From Felis catus (lineage: Eukaryota): 64,000 nucleotides of DNA. The position numbers were made by a program, and so were the translations under genes. The notes beneath the pieces are model-generated. The model did no database searches, was not told the DNA's origin, and was given only the letters and a program-made list of their open reading frames with translations. Position 1 is the first letter of the stretch. Each line of letters opens with the position of its first letter. Location of the stretch: positions 109,308,001 to 109,372,000 of the forward strand of contig NC_058368.1 of NCBI RefSeq assembly GCF_018350175.1. The letters are read 5' to 3'. Positions 1 through 64,000 of this stretch are shown piece by piece.

Positions 1-58
1 TCTCTGCCCTCCCCCCCTTGTGCTCTTTTTCTTTCTCACAAAATAAACTTAAAAAAAA
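1..58 (+). mobile_element. 3' end of a CAN-SINE
   Basis: tctctgccctcccc...caaaataaacttaaaaa tail. Confidence 0.75.
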
Positions 59-69
59 TTTTTTTTAAC

Positions 70-1104
70 TTAAAAGAGAAATTGGACTTCCTCAAAATAA
101 GATACTTGTTTTTCAAACTACATCATCAAGAAAGCAAAAGGAGCCCACAAAATGGGAGAAAATATTTGCCAGTCATATATCTGAAAAGGGACTTTTTTTT
201 CTGGAACATATAATGAACTGTTATAACTCAGTAACAACAACAACAAAAAAAAAACCCACAATTAGAAAATGTGCCAAGGATCTAAATAGATATTTCTCTA
301 AAGAAGATATATATGTGTCCAAAAACATGAAAAGATGTTTAACATCATTACTGATTAGGAAAGTACAAATAAAAACCACAGTGAGACCACTTCACATCCC
401 CCTAGAATGGCTATAAATTAAAAAGACATATAATAGTATTGATGAGGATATGGAGAAATTGGAACCCTCATATATGCTGGTGGGAGTGTAAAATGGTGCA
501 GCCACATTGGAAAACAGTTCAGCAATTCCTTGATATGTTAAACATAGAGTTAACATATGATCCAGCAGTTTTACTCCTAAGTGTCTTACACCCAAGAGAT
601 TTTAAAACATACATCTACACAAAAGCTTGCATAGGGATGTTCATAACAGCATTATTTATAATAGCCTAAAGATGGAAACAACTTCATTGTCTGTTAACTG
701 CTCAATAAAATGTGGCATATCCTTGTGTTGGAATATTATCCATCTGTAGAAAGAAATGAAGTTCTGATACATGCTACAACAGGTAAGAATGTCGCAAACA
801 CACTAAGTGAAAGCCAATTACAAAAGACCTCATATTGTATGCTTCTATTTATTTGAAATGTCCAAAATAGGCAAATCTATAGAGACAGAAAGATTAATGA
901 TTGCCAGGTTAGGCAGTCGAGAGGAATGAACGGTGACTGCAAATTGGTACAAAACTTTTTTTTGGAAGTTGAAATATCCTAAGATCAGATTACAGTAATG
1001 GTTGCACAACTGTATGAATATACTAAAAAAATGTTGAATTGTATGGCGAATACAGGTGAATCGTATGGCGTGTGAATTTATCTCAATAAAGCTGTTTTAA
1101 AAAA
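70..1104 (+). mobile_element. Degenerate old LINE-1 (L1M) ORF2 C-terminus and 3'UTR
   Basis: ORF fragment AKDLNRYFSKEDIY...KRCLTSLLIRKVQIKTTVR; ends ctcaataaagctgttttaaaaaa. Confidence 0.88.
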
Positions 1105-1989
1105 GGGATGGTCTTGAATAGAAATGTCTTAAAAAGCCTTCAAGGGAAGAGGTATGGCTGAACTGGATCTTAAAGAATGGGGAAAAATCAGATTGACCGA
1201 GTAGAAGCCATTTTATGTATGTTTGTAATTTTATTTTTTCTTCTTAAAGTAATTAATGTGCTCATGATAAAAAAAAACTTACAGAAAAATAAGAGTTGAT
1301 AAGTAAGAGGTAGTCTTCCCACTCATTCCTGACCTTCTAGATAAAGCCTATGATCAGCTTTTTTTTTTTTTGCGTGTATACAATATAAATGTATTTACAT
1401 TCACATTGTTATATGTCTATATTTACACCTACAACTTATCAAAACAGAATCATTGTAAGGGAGAGCCTGGGTTAAGTAAACCAGGGTAAAATGAATGAGA
1501 AAATTACAGTCAGATTATGAAGAATGAATGGGTTTAGAATTTAGTTTAATAGAAAAAATGATAAAGTAGGATATGTTTTAAGAGTTAGGATTATTGTGTA
1601 TAGGTACTGTGTGGTAATTCGCAAGATACTGGAACACATTTTGTCTTCCTCAGGAGCAGCCTAGTTAGAAAGGTGACAAGCACACATAAGGCAGAAAAAG
1701 ACAAGAACTGTAAGAGCTCTGAGGAATAAGAAAGAGAATTTCTGTCTGAGGTGGCCAGAGAGGATTATGTAGGACTGAATTGGGGGTTTAATTTATTGAC
1801 TATAAATGGTTAAGTAATTAGAGGTGTAGGGACAGTAAAACGCAAGGTGTTTTTGAACGCTATCAGGAAATCCATATGGTTGAAATGGAGCATTCATATA
1901 GGAAAGAATGGCAAGGTGGCAAAGAAGCAATACCTGGTGTTTACTGAGTGGTGCAGGATTGTGACTAAGGCTGTAGCAAATTGTGAGGT

Positions 1990-2170
1990 GTTTGTTTTTG
2001 AGAGAGAGACAGAGCATGAGTGGGTGGGGGGCAGAGAGGGAGACACAGAATCTGAAGCAGGCTCCAGGCTCTGAGCTGTCAGCAGAGTCCAACACAGGGC
2101 TCAAACCCATGAACTGAGATCATGACCTGAGGGAAGTTGGGCGCTTAACTGACTGAGCTACCCAGGTGCC
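1990..2170 (-). mobile_element. CAN-SINE
   Basis: gagagacagagcatg...gcaggctccaggctctgagctgtcagc...cccaggtgcc. Confidence 0.9.
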
Positions 2171-2905
2171 TCTGTATTGTTGCTTTGTGTTTAACTTTGA
2201 CTAGTTCTCCATGGGTTTAATTTTATTTTCTGTATCCTCATAGCCTAGTCCAGTGCCTGGCACATAGTAGGTGATTTAGTAAATAATTATTTAAGTGGTT
2301 GATTTCCATAGTTGGGGCTGTTTTGTTGTTGTGTGTGTTTTGTTTTTTGTTTTTTGTTTGTTCTGACATCCAGGGTTTCTTCCCTTCATGGAATTAAATA
2401 TAAATTTTGGGTCAGATCACCTTCCTAGGAGCCATCCAGAAGACAGCTTCATTTCAGTCCTGCATTCATGCTTTTTCATTTTTATAGGTATCCTCTGACT
2501 TTAGGAATTCTCTTATAAACTATTATATTCTCATCCCACCACATTTTATCCTGACCTTAGCCCACTTAGGCCTACTTTCCTTTCTTGCCTTTTGTGGAAA
2601 TTGCTAGACAAATTTGTTTTCAAGTTCAAAAACACCTTCTGGCCTGTTTATTCTGCCTAGAAGTTCATGGTTCTAGTATACCTGATGACCCAACTGCCTT
2701 GTTCTTTTGTCTCATTTCACACTCACACCTAAACTTTAAATACTCTGCTATATTTTTTGTCTTTATCTTTGTCTTAGCTTCTTTTACTAGGTGGTATGCT
2801 CTGGGGATAGAGCGGGGATTTTGCACCCTAAGGACTGAACAAAAGCACAGATGTCACAACACTGTAAACTACCCTGGAATTAAAATTTAAAAACACAGAT
2901 TTCTT

Positions 2906-3073
2906 GGGGCACCTGGGTGGCTCAGTCAGTTAAGCATCCAACTTCAGCTCAGGTCATGATCTCGCGGTTCTGTGCTGACAGCTCAGAGCCTGGAGCCTGC
3001 TTCAGATTCTGTGTCTCCCTCTCTCTCTGTTCTTCCCCTGTTCACATTAAAAAATAATAAAATAAAAATAAAA
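2906..3073 (+). mobile_element. CAN-SINE with internal deletion
   Basis: ggggcacctgggtggctcagtc head, A tail, acagatttc on both sides. Confidence 0.88.
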
Positions 3074-3624
3074 GAACTACAGATTTCAAAGAAGGGATAT
3101 CCAGGATCTGGTGGACTGGCTGGATTTAAGGAATGAAGCTTCCTAGAGTTGTCACAATAGATCCAAACCCAGATAATGCCACCAAGAGGCCGAGAAGTTT
3201 CTGAGTGGAGTACCATAGCTGAGATGTTAATATCCAATGTTTTTAAGAATCAATCCTGTTCTTTTTGTTGCTGCTCAAAAGATATTTTCTGAACACAAAA
3301 TTTTTTTCATAAGTGATAATGAATGGTCCATTCATTGAAGGTATATTATATGCCAGTCACTGAACAGGGTGTTTTAAAATGCATTATGTGAACTCCATAG
3401 TAATCCTGTGAGGTTTTATAGGCAAGAAAACTGTGGCACAGGTGTTCACATTGCAACCATGGTGTGGAACCAGGGTTAGAGTCCAAACCTCTCTGAATCC
3501 TAAGCCCATACTTTTTTGTTTTAAGTTGGGTTTATTGAAGTGTAATTTAGATAGGTCAGTCTTTTTTATTTTAGCCTTTATAGTAGATGAATGCTAGTAT
3601 CTTGAGTGGTTTTTTTTTTTCATT

Positions 3625-4050
3625 ATGGTTTTATTTTGCATTTTTCTAATGTTTATGGATGTTAAGTGTCCTTTTAAATGTTTATTTGCCATCTGAGCAT
3701 CTTTGGACAAGTGTCTATTCAGATATTTTGCCTATTTTGAATGGGATTTTTGTCTTACTTGGCTGTGAGAGTTCTTTTTATTCTGGATGCAAGCCCTTAT
3801 CATACATGTGTTTTGCAAATATTTTATTAACTGCTTTTCCAAGGACAGCAGCTTTTGATTTTGATGAAGTTCAGTTTATCAAATTTTTTCTTACAGTTTT
3901 TTTTTGTTTCCTGTTTAGGAAATCTTTGACCCCAAATTGCACAGATTTTCTACAGTGTTTTCTTCTTGAAGTTTTGTAGTTTGAGTTCTTACATTTATGT
4001 TCCATTTCAGGTTAATTTTTGAATGTAGTACAAGGTAAGGTTGAGTTTTT
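3625..4050 (-). mobile_element. Old LINE-1 fragment
   Basis: T-rich antisense L1 pattern (gtgtctattcagatattttgcc; ttttgatgaagttcagtttatc). Confidence 0.7.
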
Positions 4051-4827
4051 CCTTCTTCCAGCACCCAGAGCCTACAGTGTTAACTATTATCCCACCCTGC
4101 CTCCAGTCTTAACCTCCCATCATTAAGTATGTGCCTTTGTGCACATGGAGTCCTCCAAGTCTCCTACTTAGCAAGTACTCTTACAAGAGTTAGAGTGAAT
4201 GGATAGCAGCATCTTGTACAATGTCTTCAATATAGTAGTCATTCATTCAGTGATAGCTATGAATTATTGGTAAAATTACTCATTCTTCCATTTAGCTAAC
4301 ATAGAGAACATCAATTTTGTGTGAGGGGATACATTAGTGAACAAAATTCCTGTTTTTATGGTGGTTACATGCTACTCATTAATCTACAAATCACAAGATA
4401 AGATACTACTGTAATTTTATTAAATGACTAATATTAAAGTTGAGGGTGCGTTTAGGTGCAACAGTGAAAGCTTCAAGTTGATATCTCAGCACTCTAATGT
4501 TACATTAGTTTAATAAATTAGGTTCTAAGAATATCTTAGAAGAGGAATAGGTCATCCTTGGATTTGTAGAGACAAACATTAGAAGAATATCCCCAGCAGA
4601 GCCTGGTTTCACCTATTCCTAGGAGATTAGGCAACCAGCTGTCCTTGGAAGCAGGCCAAGGAGATCATTTATCACACTTAACTTGTTCACAGTTTTCTGT
4701 GCTTGAACAGACTTTGAATCAAAGCATAGTTTTCCATGTAAGTTTGGCCTTCAGATTCAGAATGCACTGGTAACTCACTGTGAGTTTCTAGTCCACTCAC
4801 TAATTCTGTTTATTTTTTAAATAAATT

Positions 4828-5066
4828 GGGGCGCCTGGGTGGCTCAGTCGGTTAAGCGGCCGACTTCGGCTCAGGTCATGATCTCGCGGTCCGTGAGTTC
4901 GAGCCCCGCGTCGGGCTCTGTGCTGACAGCTCAGAGCCTGGAGCCTGTTTCAGATTCTGTGTCTCCGTCTCTCTGACCCTCCCCCGTTCATGCTCTGTCT
5001 CTCTCTGTCTCAAAAATAAATAAACGTTAAATAAATAAATAATAAATAAATAAATAAATAAATAAA
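4828..5066 (+). mobile_element. Young CAN-SINE with (AAAT)n tail
   Basis: Near-consensus tRNA-derived head with intact CpGs and B-box gagttcgagccc. Confidence 0.95.
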
Positions 5067-5380
5067 ATCGTTAGCCTGTTAAAGATTAAGTTTTTATAAT
5101 GTACTTTACATAATGTGACTCTACCCAGTGACTTCTCTGGGACATGTTGAGGGCAAGGCAGTTTATTAGTTTTGTTTTCTTTTTTACTAGCTGTGAGGAG
5201 TTGGACAAGTTACTTAATGTCTCTGCTTCTCAGTTTCTCTGTGCCTCCTATAATTTATAGCCTTGCTAGCATTAAATGAGATAGATCACTTTTACTAAGT
5301 ATCTAGCCCAGGACATCTTAACTTCTTTTCATTCATTTGCATTATAAACTAGTGAAATTTATGTATTTATTTATTTTCAG

Positions 5381-61198
<55,818 letters not shown>

Positions 61199-61214
61199 AA
61201 ATAGTCAAGATTTT

Positions 61215-61421
61215 GGGGCGCCTGGGTGGCTTAGTCTGCTAAGTGTCCGACTTCAGCTCAGGTCATGATCTCAACAGTTCGTGAGTTCGAGCCCCAAGTT
61301 GGGCTCTATGCCGACAGCTCAGAGCCTGGAGCCTGCTTCTGCTTCTGTGTCTCCCTCTCTGCCCCTCCCCCACTCATCCTCACGCTCTCTTGCTCTCAAA
61401 AATAAAAACATTAAAATTTTT
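61215..61421 (+). mobile_element. CAN-SINE in the RAD50 3'UTR, 16 nt after the stop codon
   Basis: Perfect 16-bp TSD aaatagtcaagatttt at 61199-61214 and 61422-61437. Confidence 0.95.
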
Positions 61422-61800
61422 AAATAGTCAAGATTTTGCCTTAGAAGCAAGTCCTCGGGCAGCTATTTCTGGTTTCAACTAACTCAGTGCAAAAATCTGT
61501 CCTTTCAGAGGAGCTTTTTGTCTAGGATTTTGAATGTCTGAGAGGTTCTACCATCATTAAAATTGTTTCTCATGACATTTGGACTGATTTCCTGAACTTC
61601 ATCCCCCTCCAGGCAGCCTCCGTCAGGCCTGGGGGTTCAGTAGCAGCACAGTTGGACTCAGCTACTCTGTTTCCCTTCCCAGCACAAATGAATGATTCCT
61701 GGTACTACCAGAAGCTGTTACCTTTCACTTCAAAGCACTGTTAAGAAGTAGGTTTTCACTGCCTTGATAATTAATGATTTGGGCATTTAAAAAAAGTGTT

Positions 61801-61985
61801 GGGGCACCTGGGTGGCTTAATTGGTTAAGTGTCCGACTTCGGCTCAGGTTATCATCTCTTAGTTGGTGAGTTCGAACCCCGCATCAGACACGCTACTATC
61901 AGTGCAGAGCCTGCTTCAGATCCTCTATCCCCCTCTCTCCCTCCCCCTCCCCTACTCTCTCTCAAAAATAAACGTTTAAAAAAAA
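61801..61985 (+). mobile_element. CAN-SINE in the 3'UTR or downstream region
   Basis: TSD aaaaaaagtgtt. Confidence 0.92.
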
Positions 61986-62795
61986 AAGTGTTACCTCTGA
62001 ATTTCTTTGGATATGAGTTATTAGCACTAATATCTGAAGATGACTGGAAATCATGAGGTTTTAATATTTGGCTCTGCTCCATTTTATAAATACCAGAAGT
62101 AACCTTCCTCACTGGGACTCAGTTTCCCAAAGTAAAATTAGTAGTAGTCCTATGGAGCATCAGGGTTTGAAAGGAACCTTAAGTAATCATGTAATTGAAA
62201 CTCACCATCTTCCCCCCACCCCATACCCCTGCGAGGTAGTCACCCAAACTTGGGGTTCTCTCTAGACAGAGAAAGTTCTCCACTGTGCACATCCACCTTT
62301 GGAAAGCTCTGATCAATAGCAGGATTCCCTTTGCTTGAGGCATGATCTGCCATCATGAAGAAGTCTGGGGCTTTCCATATATCCTATGTACATCTCTGCC
62401 TCACCATCAATCTTGATGGTTCACCAAGTGCATTCCAGCGTGGAAGGCAAGCAAGGCTCACTCATGGAGTCATAGCCTTCTCCCAGTGGGCTCTGACCAG
62501 ACCTGGAAGAGCAGGCCTCATCCTCATTCCAGATCTTATTTCCATTAAAGGTCCAATCACACCTATTCCCTGGAATTGCCAGCTGACACCAGAAAGCTTT
62601 CCCCAAGCATTACACCCAGAATGCTACCAAGCCACACACTTTTGAGTTAGACTTTTTGGAGTTGACTTTTTCAGAGAGTCTTGTCAGTCATGCAGCACAG
62701 TTTTGTGCCATCTGAAAATCTAATGAGTATATGGTATAGATAGCCCTTCTCAACCATAGTATAGGGAGAATTAAGCCCTAAGGACCTAAGGTATC

Positions 62796-63266
62796 TGCAA
62801 TAGGCGGAATAAAGACCTCCAAAGACACCAAATCCTAATCCCTAGAACCTCTGAATGTTACCTCATTTGGCTAAGAGACTTGACAGATGTGATTAAAGAT
62901 AAGGATCTTGACAAGGGGAGATTATCCGGGTGGGCCGTAAATGTAATTACAAATGTCTTAAGGAAGCAGAGAGCAAGATCATGCAACCAGCAAAGGCAGC
63001 ATGTGGATGGATGCACAGACAAGTTCTGTGCTGTGAAGGTAGAGGAAGGGCTGTAAGCCAAGGAATTCAAGCTACCAGGAGAGGCCGAAAAAAGCAAAGG
63101 AATGCTCTCCCTTCAGAGCCTCCAAAAAGGAATCAGCTGACACCTTGATTTAATGAGCCCTGATTGGGGCTTTTGACCTCCAGAACTGTAGAAGAGAATA
63201 GATTTTTGGTGTTTTAAGCTACTTAGTGTGAGCTCACTTACTACAGCAACAGTAGGAAACTCCTAT
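62796..63266 (+). mobile_element. MaLR solo LTR (MLT1C/D-like)
   Basis: cctaatccctagaacctctgaatgttacc...cctccagaactgt...cagcaacagtaggaaac. Confidence 0.85.
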
Positions 63267-63309
63267 GGTATCCATCGTAATCCATTTCTGTGCACCTCAA
63301 GTGACCTTA

Positions 63310-63641
63310 CAGTTGACCCTTGAACAACATGGGTTTGAACTGCGTGGGTCCACTTACATGTGGGGTTTTTGCCACCGACAGTACAGTATCGTGAATGTAT
63401 TCCCTTTTTCTTACGAGTTTCTTAGTATTTTCTTTCCTCTAGCTTACTTTGCTTTATGAATACTGTAAATAATATACAAACAGAATACGTGTTTATCAGC
63501 TGTTTATGTCATCAGTAACACTTCCAGTCAGCATTATAGTATCAGTAGCTAAGTTTTGGGGTAGTCAAAAGTTACACAAAGGTGTTTGCACTGAGGGGTT
63601 GGCTCCCCTAACTCCTGCGTTCATTTTTCAAGGGCCAACTG
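63310..63641. mobile_element. Tigger2-family non-autonomous DNA transposon
   Basis: TIRs cagttgacccttgaa / ttcaagggccaactg flanked by TA on both sides. Confidence 0.85.
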
Positions 63642-64000
63642 TAGTTACATATGATCATCTTTTGGGAGAACGGAAAAAAGTGTTACTCAAATCATTTTGT
63701 GTTCTGTTATTTACATGAAGAACCCTGGTTGAGAAAGTCTGGTCCAGACACTCTCCTAATGCCTGGATCAAAGGGCCAAGGAACACAGCCACCACTCCAG
63801 CCAACTGCTTCCTGTCCACTGACTGAGAAGTTTCAGTCATCCTAATTGGCTTTGAAAAACTAAAATTACCTATTTACCACACTAGCATGAGCTCCACAAA
63901 GGTACCATGGGGAAAAACTGACCAGTTTCAGAACAAAGACCCAGGAACTTGTAAATTAATACAAGCACTTCACTTCCAGCCATATATTAAACATACACAA

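Noticed and set aside
4828..4910. tRNA-like A/B box sequences at SINE heads
   Set aside because: These are the tRNA-derived heads of CAN-SINEs followed by SINE body and A tail, not tRNA genes.
1..5380. Search for RAD50 exon 5 or earlier
   Set aside because: No Walker A or N-terminal RAD50 peptide found; the region reads as intron 5.
61440..64000. Possible start of IL13 or another downstream gene (e.g. ORF 62355..62645)
   Set aside because: No recognisable cytokine coding sequence or promoter; mostly SINE, MLT1 and Tigger repeats.

Overview
Mammalian genomic DNA, almost certainly from a felid (dense carnivore CAN-SINEs, including young cat-type SINEC_Fc copies). The window holds the 3' part of RAD50 on the + strand: 20 coding exons matching human exons 6-25, from 5381 to the TAA stop at 61198. 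They total 3183 nt in one continuous phase-consistent frame (about residues 253-1312 in human numbering). Encoded motifs are the coiled coil, the S635-equivalent SQ site, the CPVC zinc hook, the CSAGQK ABC signature, Walker B/D-loop and the H-loop. Exons 1-5 lie upstream of the window. Introns are filled with SINE, L1, L2, MIR, MER21/MLT LTR and Tigger/MER5 relics, often nested. Repeat-poor blocks in introns 21-24 carry STAT6, STAT5, GATA, AP-1/AICE, RUNX and ETS motifs, consistent with the known Th2 (IL4/IL13/IL5) locus control region inside 3' RAD50. I see no new biological system. The best second-look items are a GC-AG intron with a competing frameshifting GT donor at the ABC signature, the LCR motif clusters, SINEs inserted next to the stop codon and splice sites, and a multi-state palindrome before exon 18. 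Exon numbers and repeat family names are from memory, and repeat boundaries are approximate.
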